Assembly: GCA_963665295.1 (NCBI GenBank) | Contig: OY762209.1 | Location: 3,616,001 to 3,680,000 of the forward strand | DNA: 64,000 nucleotides | Direction of reading: 5' to 3' | Source of the DNA: Syntrophorhabdaceae bacterium | Lineage (GTDB): Bacteria; Desulfobacterota; Syntrophorhabdia; Syntrophorhabdales; Syntrophorhabdaceae | Shown: positions 27,519-35,914 of the stretch, one piece after another | Layout of the letters: every line of letters starts with the position of its first letter | Numbering within the stretch: the stretch's first letter is position 1 | Made by a program: the position numbers and the translations under genes | Notes under the pieces: generated by a model | What the model was told of the DNA's origin: nothing | Seen by the model: the letters and a program-made list of their open reading frames with translations, nothing else | Databases searched by the model: none

Positions 27519-28142
27519 ATGGAGAAATCCAAGAGCAAGACAAGAGAATACGCAGAATCACTGATTATCGCGGCTATCATCGCCTTTTTCGTGAGAAGTT
27601 TTTTTATCCAGGCTTTCAAGATCCCCTCGAGTTCCATGGAGCCGACCCTCCTTATCGGCGACCATCTCCTGGTTAACCGTATGAGTTATGTGGTGAAGGT
27701 CCCCTTTACCGACATAGTGATACTGAATACCGGCAAACCGAAGAGGGGGGATGTGGTGGTCTTCCGCTATCCCGTGGACACGAGCAAGGACTTCATCAAG
27801 AGGGTAATCGCCACGGAAGGCGATAAAGTGGAGATAAGGGACAAGGCTGTCTATATCAACGGGAAGAAGACGAGCGACCCCTGGGGGCGCTATGTCGATG
27901 AGGCAATCGTACCGGCCTTCCTTTCGCCGAAGGACAACCTGGCTCCCGTTGTAGTCCCCAAGGACTCGTATTTTGTCATGGGCGACAACAGGGACAGAAG
28001 TCTTGACAGCAGGTTCTGGGGCTTTGTGAAGAAGGAGCTTTTTGTAGGTAAAGCGCTCGTGATCTATTTTTCGTGGGACGGCAATTCACAGGATCTGCTC
28101 CACTACATACGGTGGGAGAGATTGGGCAAACTGATCAAGTAG
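27519..28142 (+). CDS. lepB: Signal peptidase I
   Basis: IPSSSMEPTL, FIKRVI, GDNRDRSLDSRFWG. Confidence 0.96.
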   Translation: MEKSKSKTREYAESLIIAAIIAFFVRSFFIQAFKIPSSSMEPTLLIGDHLLVNRMSYVVKVPFTDIVILNTGKPKRGDVVVFRYPVDTSKDFIKRVIATEGDKVEIRDKAVYINGKKTSDPWGRYVDEAIVPAFLSPKDNLAPVVVPKDSYFVMGDNRDRSLDSRFWGFVKKELFVGKALVIYFSWDGNSQDLLHYIRWERLGKLIK

Positions 28143-28213
28143 GCAGGACCTCCGTACATGGTTTTTTTGATTGATGTGTGGTACAATTTTTGAATGATAA
28201 CGTATGGAGTTTT

Positions 28214-29884
28214 ATGAAAAAATGGATTCTCGTTTCCCTTCTGTTCCTCCTCGTTTTTCCTTTAACGCCCGCATCGGGAACTGATTATTCGGCGTCGGTC
28301 CTCTCATTCCTGAAAGGCTACAGAACGGAAGTTCGCGGTCAGTACGACGCGGCTATGGAGTTCTATAATTCCGCCCTTAAGGCAGACCCCGGTTCCGCCG
28401 ACATAAGGACCGGGCTTGCCCTGCTTTATATCAAGAAGGGGGAAGTGAGAAAGGCAGAGGAACTGCTCAGGCAGGCCATAGAGATCAATGGAAAGAGCAG
28501 GAACGCGCTCATTCTCCTCGGGAGCCTCTACTCGGCAACGGGTCAGGCGAGGAAAGCCAAACCCCTGTATGAGAAATGTATCGAACTGGACGGCGAGGAC
28601 ACCGAGGCGTACCTTTATCTCAGTTCGATATACATTGCGGAGAAGGATTTTGCGGCAGCATTGAAGACCTACCAGAAGATCCTCTCCTATGACGACGATA
28701 ATGTGTTGACCCTATACTACATAGGGAGACTGAATGCCGAACTGAAAGAGTACGAAAAGGCAAAGACCTACTTCAATAAAGCGCTCAGCCTCAAGCCCAA
28801 TTTTGAGCCGGCCCTCCTTGATCTGGGCACCATCTACGAGATAGAGGGTAGCTTCGACAAGGCTATCGAGGTCTATCAGAAGATACTGATCATGGACCCG
28901 GGGAATAAGAAGGCGCTGTCGAGGATCGCTGCCCTGTACGTGCGAAAAGGGCAGTATGACAGGGCCATTCACGAATTCGAGAAGCTTTCCGACATGGACA
29001 AGGGGGATGTGTCGATCAGGGTCAAAATAGGTCTTCTTCACCTTGAAGAAGGAAGATATGACGAGGCAATCAGAGAGTTTAACTTTCTTCTCGCGTCTCA
29101 ACCTAATAACAGCGCGGTGCGCTATTACCTTGCCATCGCGTGGAGGGAGAAAGGAGACTCAAGGGAAGCGATAAACCAACTGTTGAAGATTGACCCGAAG
29201 TCGGAAGAATTTTCCGACGCAATGAAGAGCCTTACCTTCCTCTATATAAAAACAGGGGCCTTTGACGAAGGCATAGAAAAAATAAAGGGCCTGGTTGCGG
29301 AGAAGAAGGACGATGTGGACTTCCATATCCTCCTTTCAACACTGTACGAGGAAAAGGGCGAGTACCTGTCGGGTATCGGGACCCTCGAGGAAGTAAGGGC
29401 AAAACACCCCGATAATATTGACGTAATATATCAGATCGGGATGTTGTACGAGAAGGCAGGCAATACGGATAAAGCCTTGGAGTACATGGGGGAGGTGCTC
29501 AAACTGGACCCTGAATATGCGCATGCCCTCAATTTCATCGGTTATACCTGGGCGGAAAAAGGCATTAACCTCGACAAAGCAGAGGACATGGTAAAGAGGG
29601 CATTAAAAAAGAGACCGGATGACGGTTATATCCTGGACAGTATAGGCTGGGTCTATTACAAGAAGGGGAATTACAAAATGGCCCTCACGGAGATATTGAA
29701 GGCGTACCAGAAGTTGCCTGACGATCCGACCATCGCGGAACACCTGGGGGATGTTTATATGGGGCTGGGAGAATATCGGAAGGCCCTGGACTTGTTTGCC
29801 GCATCATCCAAGCTTGAAAAGAAGGAAGACAAGAAGAAGCTCCTTGAAAAGAAAATGAAGGAAGTCCAGCAGAAGATAAAGTGA
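28214..29884 (+). CDS. Exported TPR-repeat protein
   Basis: Signal peptide; many TPRs; ALNFIGY, DSIGWVYYK, EHLGD. Confidence 0.88.
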   Translation: MKKWILVSLLFLLVFPLTPASGTDYSASVLSFLKGYRTEVRGQYDAAMEFYNSALKADPGSADIRTGLALLYIKKGEVRKAEELLRQAIEINGKSRNALILLGSLYSATGQARKAKPLYEKCIELDGEDTEAYLYLSSIYIAEKDFAAALKTYQKILSYDDDNVLTLYYIGRLNAELKEYEKAKTYFNKALSLKPNFEPALLDLGTIYEIEGSFDKAIEVYQKILIMDPGNKKALSRIAALYVRKGQYDRAIHEFEKLSDMDKGDVSIRVKIGLLHLEEGRYDEAIREFNFLLASQPNNSAVRYYLAIAWREKGDSREAINQLLKIDPKSEEFSDAMKSLTFLYIKTGAFDEGIEKIKGLVAEKKDDVDFHILLSTLYEEKGEYLSGIGTLEEVRAKHPDNIDVIYQIGMLYEKAGNTDKALEYMGEVLKLDPEYAHALNFIGYTWAEKGINLDKAEDMVKRALKKRPDDGYILDSIGWVYYKKGNYKMALTEILKAYQKLPDDPTIAEHLGDVYMGLGEYRKALDLFAASSKLEKKEDKKKLLEKKMKEVQQKIK

Positions 29885-30396
29885 AAAGAGGACTGATATG
29901 GATATGTGTATTGTTCCTCCTTTCGGGATGCGCCTTGCTTCCCACCAAAGCTCGCCAAATAGACTGGCCTGAGAAAATACAATACATGGAAGCCCTGTGC
30001 GAACTGGACATGGCGTGGAAGGACATGAACTACACCGGTTCCATGTCGCTCAAGGTCGACTATCCCGAGCAGTTCCAGTTTGAGGTCTACGGTCCTTTCG
30101 GAGACACCATAGTATATTTGAAAAAGGACAGGGGTGCATTTCTGCTCCTCGCCGGGGACGAAAAGTTTACCGATGAAAAGGCTTTTGAAAAGAAGTTTGA
30201 TATTAAATTGAGCGAGTTTGTGGACGATATCACTTTCCACAGCCAGGGAGACGCGAACACGGCAGGGAAGACGGTCGTGAGAGACCGTTACCGCGTAACA
30301 TATCAACTGGGCGGAAATACGAGCAGGATCTGTTGGCAGGGGGCTGAAGGCAGGATATGTGTAAGGTTCCTGGACGCGCGCTTCAGTAAAGAGTGA
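29881..30396 (+). CDS. Lipoprotein, LolB-like
   Basis: LSGC lipobox; EVYGPFG; follows the TPR gene. Confidence 0.6.
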   Translation: MKRGLIWICVLFLLSGCALLPTKARQIDWPEKIQYMEALCELDMAWKDMNYTGSMSLKVDYPEQFQFEVYGPFGDTIVYLKKDRGAFLLLAGDEKFTDEKAFEKKFDIKLSEFVDDITFHSQGDANTAGKTVVRDRYRVTYQLGGNTSRICWQGAEGRICVRFLDARFSKE

Positions 30397-30400
30397 TCCT

Positions 30401-31462
30401 GTGGAAAAGGTTATTATCGGTTCATGTGCAGACTATGACGTAGTGCGCATAAAAGACTTCCTTGCAAAGGGCTTTCGGGAATCCGGTTTTGAGATAAGAG
30501 GCGGGAGAGTCCTGTTGAAGCCCAATCTCCTCAGCGGTAAAGCTCCCGGGAAAGCGGTCACAACCCATCCGGCAATAATCAGAGCCCTCGGCGAGTTACT
30601 CCTCGACGCGGGGTGCACAGTTTATGTTGGAGATAGTCCTGGCTATGAATCAACCGAGAAAGTTCTTCAATTATCTGGTATTATGGATGTTGTTAAAAGT
30701 ATTGGATTAAGTGTTGCCAATTTTGATGGCAGAATTATTAAGAAAAATGATGGCATTTCGCCCTACAAAGCCTTCACTTTCGGAGAAGACCCTCGGTTGT
30801 ACGACGGGATCATCAATTTACCCAAATTAAAGACCCACACCATGATGGGACTTACCCTGGGGGTCAAGAATACCTTCGGCTTCATCCCCTCCAAAGAGAA
30901 AGCGAGATGGCACCTGAGGGCCGGCAAGGACAGGTTGCTCTTTGCGGCGGTTCTCATAGACATCCATAACCTCGTGAAACCCTCGCTCACGGTTCTTGAC
31001 GGGATCACGGGCATGGACGGTCAAGGGCCCTCCAGCGGGAGGCCACGGCAACTCGGGATGGTTGCCATGTCCCGGGACGCATATGCCCTTGACAGGGCCG
31101 TGGAAGGCATCGTAGGGCTTTCTACTCCGTTGCCCATCAGTGAAGTGGCGAAGGAGCACGGCCTGTTGGGGGACTACGATCTGGTTGATTTCGGGGCTCC
31201 CCCTATAGAGGCATTCAAAATGGCCGATGAGATGGACACGGACTGGCCTTTGCCGGACTTTGCCAAGAGGATTCTCAAGAATTTTTTCGTGAGAAAACCA
31301 AAATTACGCAAAAAGTTGTGCAAGGGTTGTGAGTTGTGTGTTAACGTCTGTCCGGCAAAGGCGCTGGTCATGGTGGGGGGACTGCCTTCATTCGATTATA
31401 AGTCATGTATCCGTTGCTATTGCTGCCAGGAGATGTGTCCTGAAGGGAGCATAAGAGTATAA
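30401..31462 (+). CDS. DUF362 protein with C-terminal 2x[4Fe-4S] ferredoxin domain
   Basis: VLLKPNLL, TTHP, INLPKLKTH, CKGCELCVNVCP, CIRCYCCQEMCP. Confidence 0.9.
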   Translation: MEKVIIGSCADYDVVRIKDFLAKGFRESGFEIRGGRVLLKPNLLSGKAPGKAVTTHPAIIRALGELLLDAGCTVYVGDSPGYESTEKVLQLSGIMDVVKSIGLSVANFDGRIIKKNDGISPYKAFTFGEDPRLYDGIINLPKLKTHTMMGLTLGVKNTFGFIPSKEKARWHLRAGKDRLLFAAVLIDIHNLVKPSLTVLDGITGMDGQGPSSGRPRQLGMVAMSRDAYALDRAVEGIVGLSTPLPISEVAKEHGLLGDYDLVDFGAPPIEAFKMADEMDTDWPLPDFAKRILKNFFVRKPKLRKKLCKGCELCVNVCPAKALVMVGGLPSFDYKSCIRCYCCQEMCPEGSIRV

Positions 31463-31479
31463 ACAAGAGGGAGAGAAAC

Positions 31480-31779
31480 ATGAAAGAGATAGCTCAGGAA
31501 AGATGCAGAAGGTGCGGTGAAGAGGGCCGGGAGGTAGGCGTGAGGGGTGAGGGTACAGGTGAGCCGACCGTGCTCTGTGCGGACTGCCTGGAGGCGGTGT
31601 ATCCCGAGGGGAGAGGACTGCCGGTCGCCATGGACATGGACGGAAACCTTTACTTCATAAATAAGCCCAAGAACTGCATGATCATACTGTTTGCTTACGG
31701 CGATACGCCCTATACGGCGTGTACGGAAGTGAGCCTTGAAGACGAAGAGGAGTGCGGTTGCGGCTTTACGCTCTGTTAA
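31480..31779 (+). CDS. Small Cys-rich hypothetical protein
   Basis: CRRC...CADC; purine-rich RBS. Confidence 0.55.
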   Translation: MKEIAQERCRRCGEEGREVGVRGEGTGEPTVLCADCLEAVYPEGRGLPVAMDMDGNLYFINKPKNCMIILFAYGDTPYTACTEVSLEDEEECGCGFTLC

Positions 31780-31811
31780 CCCGGATGGGTGGCTGTCATG
31801 GGGACAGGCGG

Positions 31812-32051
31812 TCATCCTCCCCCAAGAGGAGGGAATACGCTTATCACGTCGCCGTCCCGGGCAAGGTAGCTTTCGTCCACATGAGAGCCCTTCACTAAAA
31901 TGATCCTCGGCGCATCAGAGGGGAATCCCAGGTCCGCCATAATCTCGGCGGCCGTTTTTTCCCCCTGGAAGCTTAGCTTTACGGCGAAACCCGCGCGGCC
32001 TTCCGGGAGATAATCCCTGAAGGCTCCAAAGAGCCTGAGTTCTATTTCCAT
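31812..32051 (-). CDS. MoaD/ThiS family sulfur carrier
   Basis: C-terminal DGDVISVFPPLGGG; start MEIELRLFG. Confidence 0.88.
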   Translation of the reverse strand: MEIELRLFGAFRDYLPEGRAGFAVKLSFQGEKTAAEIMADLGFPSDAPRIILVKGSHVDESYLARDGDVISVFPPLGGG

Positions 32052-32079
32052 CAATTCGAGAGACCCGAAGCCTTGAAAT

Positions 32080-32346
32080 TCATTCTTTACCCGGACACGG
32101 GAGGGCTTCGAAATCCTTCCCGTCAAAGAGGAAAAGTCTCTCGATCCTGAGGTCGCCGACGAAACGCATAGCTTCTTCCAGTTCGTCGTAGAGCCGTATG
32201 CAGGAGCCGCAATCCGAGCTAAGGTTTCTCGGGATAGGCATCAGTTCGAAGCTACACCCTTGCTCGGTGAGTTTTTTCTCCGCCTTGAGTACATCATGGA
32301 TTGTGGAGAATAGTAAGTAGTATGAGCGTTCGCTATCCTTGTCCAA
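32080..32346 (-). CDS. DUF3343 family protein
   Basis: FSTIHDVLKAEKKL...PIPRNLSSDCG; start inferred. Confidence 0.78.
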   Translation of the reverse strand: MDKDSERSYYLLFSTIHDVLKAEKKLTEQGCSFELMPIPRNLSSDCGSCIRLYDELEEAMRFVGDLRIERLFLFDGKDFEALPCPGKE

Positions 32347-33466
32347 TTGCTTTGACCACCCCCAGAAATGCGGAAATATCCCGTCGTGTTGTGAAATAGC
32401 CCGGAGAAACACGTACCGTTCCGTTGGGAAAGGTACCGATCGTTTTGTGAGCCGCGGGTGAGCAGTGAAGCCCCACGCGGACATAGATACCCTTTCTGTT
32501 CAGCTCGTAGCCCACTTCAGAGGGCAGCCTGTCCGCCACGTTGAAGGAAATCACCGGGATGTTCGTGCCTTTCCCGTGGTTTCCGTAGACCGTTATGTTC
32601 CCCGCATCTTGCAGACCCCGGAGGATACTCTTGACCAGGGTTCTCTCTTTTTTCGCTATTGTCTCCAATCCTGTGTTTTCAATGAAGGTAAGACTGCCCA
32701 GAAGGGCGGCTATTCCGGGTGTATTGGGTGTGCCGCTTTCGTACTTGTCGGGAAGGAAAGCGGGCTGTTCCATGGATTCCGATCCGCTCCCCGTCCCTCC
32801 GAATCTGAGTGGTGTAGGATCGACCCCTCTGTTCAGGTATAGCGCGCCGAGACCCTGCAAACCGTATAGTGATTTGTGGCAGGAGAAACAGAGGACGTCG
32901 ATATGGTCCGCTTCCACGTCGATGGGGATGGACCCGATAGTCTGACAGGCGTCGACGATGAGAAGTATGTCGTTTGCGTACCCTTTGATGGGGTGTAGAT
33001 CCTGAACGGTCCCGGTTACGTTGGAACCATGGTTGACGATTATAGCCCGGGTGTTTTTCCGGATGAGGGCGCGGACACGGTCGGGGTCAAGTTCTCCCGA
33101 GGGTGAGCACCGGGCAATCGACACCTCAACCTTCCTGTGCTGTTGGAGAAAGGTGAGAGGCCTCATGACGGAGTTATGCTCCATTGAAGTGGTAATAACG
33201 TGGTCGGACTCGCCGATCAACCCCAGGATGGCGAGGTTGAGAGAATCCGTACCGTTCTGAGTGAAGATCATCCGTTCCGAATCGTGGCCGTTAACAAGCT
33301 TTGTCAACTTCTCCCTGGCCTGGAAAATGGTCCTTGCAGCGTCCACGGAAGCCTTATGACCGCCCCGGCCGGGATTGCCTCCTACGTTTCTGACGAAATC
33401 GTTCAAATATGTAGTCGTTTGACGCGGCTTTGGGTGCGATGTGGCGGAATTATCGAGATAAATCAT
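32333..33466 (-). CDS. Class V PLP enzyme, cysteine desulfurase/selenocysteine lyase family
   Basis: IYLDNSATS, FSCHK, ESGTPN, RVGLHCSP. Confidence 0.9.
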   Translation of the reverse strand: MIYLDNSATSHPKPRQTTTYLNDFVRNVGGNPGRGGHKASVDAARTIFQAREKLTKLVNGHDSERMIFTQNGTDSLNLAILGLIGESDHVITTSMEHNSVMRPLTFLQQHRKVEVSIARCSPSGELDPDRVRALIRKNTRAIIVNHGSNVTGTVQDLHPIKGYANDILLIVDACQTIGSIPIDVEADHIDVLCFSCHKSLYGLQGLGALYLNRGVDPTPLRFGGTGSGSESMEQPAFLPDKYESGTPNTPGIAALLGSLTFIENTGLETIAKKERTLVKSILRGLQDAGNITVYGNHGKGTNIPVISFNVADRLPSEVGYELNRKGIYVRVGLHCSPAAHKTIGTFPNGTVRVSPGYFTTRRDISAFLGVVKAIGQG

Positions 33467-33543
33467 AGTTTATTGCGAAATGGGCCAACTCAAAGATACT
33501 GCGGGCGGCCGGGTTTCATGCCCCCTCTTAAAGATTACCTGAA

Positions 33544-34134
33544 TCAGGGTTTGATGACATTCGTGGCCTCGAGAAAGGAGGAGGCTATCTCATACATATT
33601 GCTTATACGGCCAACCGCGACCTTTTCCTTGATGTGGAAGAAATCAAGGCACAGTCCGCAGGCGAGGATATCCGCGCCGAGACCCGCCAATTCAGTGAGA
33701 AGGTTGACACACTCCGACCCTTCCGCAACCAGTTTGACCCCTCCATTCACAAAGACAACCCTCCAGGGTGTAACGTCGAGGTCCTTTAAGGTGCTAAGGA
33801 AGGATTTCATCAGGACTCTGCCTAATTCGTCGTCGCCCCGGCCGATAGTATCGCCATTGATGAAGACCAGGAGCTTTTTGCCCTGGACGCCGGTTTGCGT
33901 GTCGGACGAACCGGTCCTCGCCCCCTTGAGAATGTACTGTTTGCCGCCCCCCTCCTGTCCGGAGGTAACCGAAAAGCCACGGGAGGAAAGGAAACGCGTA
34001 ACGTTTCCCACGGCAACGTCATTGTCGAGGATTATCTCGATTTCGTCGACGGGATTCCCATCAAGGAACTTTTTTGTCTCCAGGACGGGGACGGGACATG
34101 TCATACCTTGCAGGTCAAGTCTGTTCACCTCCAT
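33544..34134 (-). CDS. yedF: Selenium metabolism protein YedF (TusA + DsrE domains)
   Basis: LDLQGMTCPVPV, GRGDDELG..LM, CGLCLDF, SNMYEI; true start may be GTG 34128. Confidence 0.88.
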   Translation of the reverse strand: MEVNRLDLQGMTCPVPVLETKKFLDGNPVDEIEIILDNDVAVGNVTRFLSSRGFSVTSGQEGGGKQYILKGARTGSSDTQTGVQGKKLLVFINGDTIGRGDDELGRVLMKSFLSTLKDLDVTPWRVVFVNGGVKLVAEGSECVNLLTELAGLGADILACGLCLDFFHIKEKVAVGRISNMYEIASSFLEATNVIKP

Positions 34135-34558
34135 ATTATAAGGGAATATTTCCCATCACGCAAATGAATAGTACGAATGTGTAGAGACCATTCATGCAAT
34201 GAATGAATTACAACCATCTCCGATGTGTATACAAAAGTCAACAACTTGTTGCTTTTTAACGATTGTTTTGTTATAAATACATTGTTAGACAGGGATCGAA
34301 GGCGCTCCCTGTGTTCAAAATCACAACCGCTTGGCTAAAGAGGACCGGTTGTTGTCATGCGGTGTAAGAGATCTATGGGTCATGGCATTGAGGCCTCAAA
34401 GAAAGAAACGCTTTGAACATTTCGTCCCGGTGGGCGGGATCACCTGCCGACATTCCACAACCATATAACGGAAGACAGCTATAACGCATATCCTGCGTGA
34501 TTCTCGAAGGGGGTCACTGGTACGGATGATGTGCGGATATCTTAATAGGAGGTTAGTC

Positions 34559-35836
34559 ATGAGTAAGGTAGAGGTTTTTGAGAACAGACCGCCCGTTCTG
34601 GGAATTAACGGAATGGGCAGAATCGGAAAGCTGAGTCTGTGGCACCATATCGGCAGGAAGTACTTCAAGGAGATCGTGGTAAACCCGGGTCGGGAGGTAG
34701 GGAAGGACCTGTCTGCAATAGCCCAGCTTATCGAGAAAGATGCCACATATGGACTGCTTCACAAGTTTCTTTATGGCATAAAGGCAGAGCGCCTTATTGA
34801 GATAGTTGATGATAAGAACGGCAAGTTGCTGATCGACGGAATCCCGGTAACGGTGCTCCGGGAAGCAAGGAACCCGAAGGACATCCGATGGCGCGACTAC
34901 GGTGTTGAGATTGTTGCGGAATGTACCGGCAAATTCGGAGACCCTACGGTAGCGCCCGACAGTGAAAAAGGGTCCATCAAGGGGCACCTGGAAAGCGGCG
35001 CGAGGGTAGTCATCAACTCTTCTGCCTTCAAGATCAAGAACAAGGCCCTGTCCATGCCGGATGACGCGGTAACACTCATTTACGGCATCAACCACCACGC
35101 CTTTGACCCGAAAAAGCACAGGCTCATATCGGCTGCCTCCTGCACGACCACTGGACTTGCCCACATGGTAAAACCGCTCCTTGACAACGAGGATACGAGC
35201 ATGATCCTTACCGCCTCCATGTCTACGGTGCATGCGGTGACAAACACCCAGAGCGTGCTCGACAATGTGCCCAAGGCCGGAGAGAAGGACCTGCGGAAAA
35301 ACAGGAGTATTCTGAATAACATCATTCTTACGTCTACCAACGCAGCCGACGCGCTGGCGCAGGTAATCCCACAGGTGAAGGATATAGGCTTTATGGCGGA
35401 TTCCATTCGGGTCCCGACCACCACGGAGTCGCTGATAGTGCTGAACGCCACTTTCCAGCCCAGGATGAGCAAGGATAAAGCCGCGTCTTCGATTACCACG
35501 AAGACGATCAACGACCTTTATAAGCGGGTTTCGGACAACGATCCCGAGCGGTTGGTGCGCTACACGGAGGAACAGAATGTGTCAACCGACCTGATAGGGG
35601 TGAATGCTGCGATTGTCATAGAAGGGCAGTTTAACCATAGCCGTATCGCCTTTATGTCGATCGATCTGTCACAGGTGCCCGACATTCCTGATGCACTGGT
35701 TCAGGCCCTTAAGAGCCAGCAGATCAAGGTTCCTGTGGTCCATGCCAAGATTTTCGGATGGTACGATAACGAATATGGAAGCTATACAAACAGGATGGGC
35801 GACTTGACTGTATACGCCCACAAAACGCTATTGTAA
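34559..35836 (+). CDS. gap: Glyceraldehyde-3-phosphate dehydrogenase variant
   Basis: GINGMGRIG, ECTG, SAASCTTTGL, WYDNE. Confidence 0.85.
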   Translation: MSKVEVFENRPPVLGINGMGRIGKLSLWHHIGRKYFKEIVVNPGREVGKDLSAIAQLIEKDATYGLLHKFLYGIKAERLIEIVDDKNGKLLIDGIPVTVLREARNPKDIRWRDYGVEIVAECTGKFGDPTVAPDSEKGSIKGHLESGARVVINSSAFKIKNKALSMPDDAVTLIYGINHHAFDPKKHRLISAASCTTTGLAHMVKPLLDNEDTSMILTASMSTVHAVTNTQSVLDNVPKAGEKDLRKNRSILNNIILTSTNAADALAQVIPQVKDIGFMADSIRVPTTTESLIVLNATFQPRMSKDKAASSITTKTINDLYKRVSDNDPERLVRYTEEQNVSTDLIGVNAAIVIEGQFNHSRIAFMSIDLSQVPDIPDALVQALKSQQIKVPVVHAKIFGWYDNEYGSYTNRMGDLTVYAHKTLL

Positions 35837-35843
35837 ATTGAGA

Positions 35844-35888
35844 CCGGGTTTCGTATTTCAGACGCGTCAGGCGTAGTGCGAAACCCGG
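35844..35888. terminator. Hairpin between convergent gap and PPDK-like genes
   Basis: CCGGGTTTCG...CGAAACCCGG. Confidence 0.45.
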
Positions 35889-35914
35889 ATACGTGTGCTG
35901 TCGTTGTGGGCCCG

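Noticed and set aside
31812..34134. Selenocysteine (UGA) recoding in the Se-associated cluster
   Set aside because: All ORFs are complete with Cys at the motif positions; no in-frame TGA readthrough is needed
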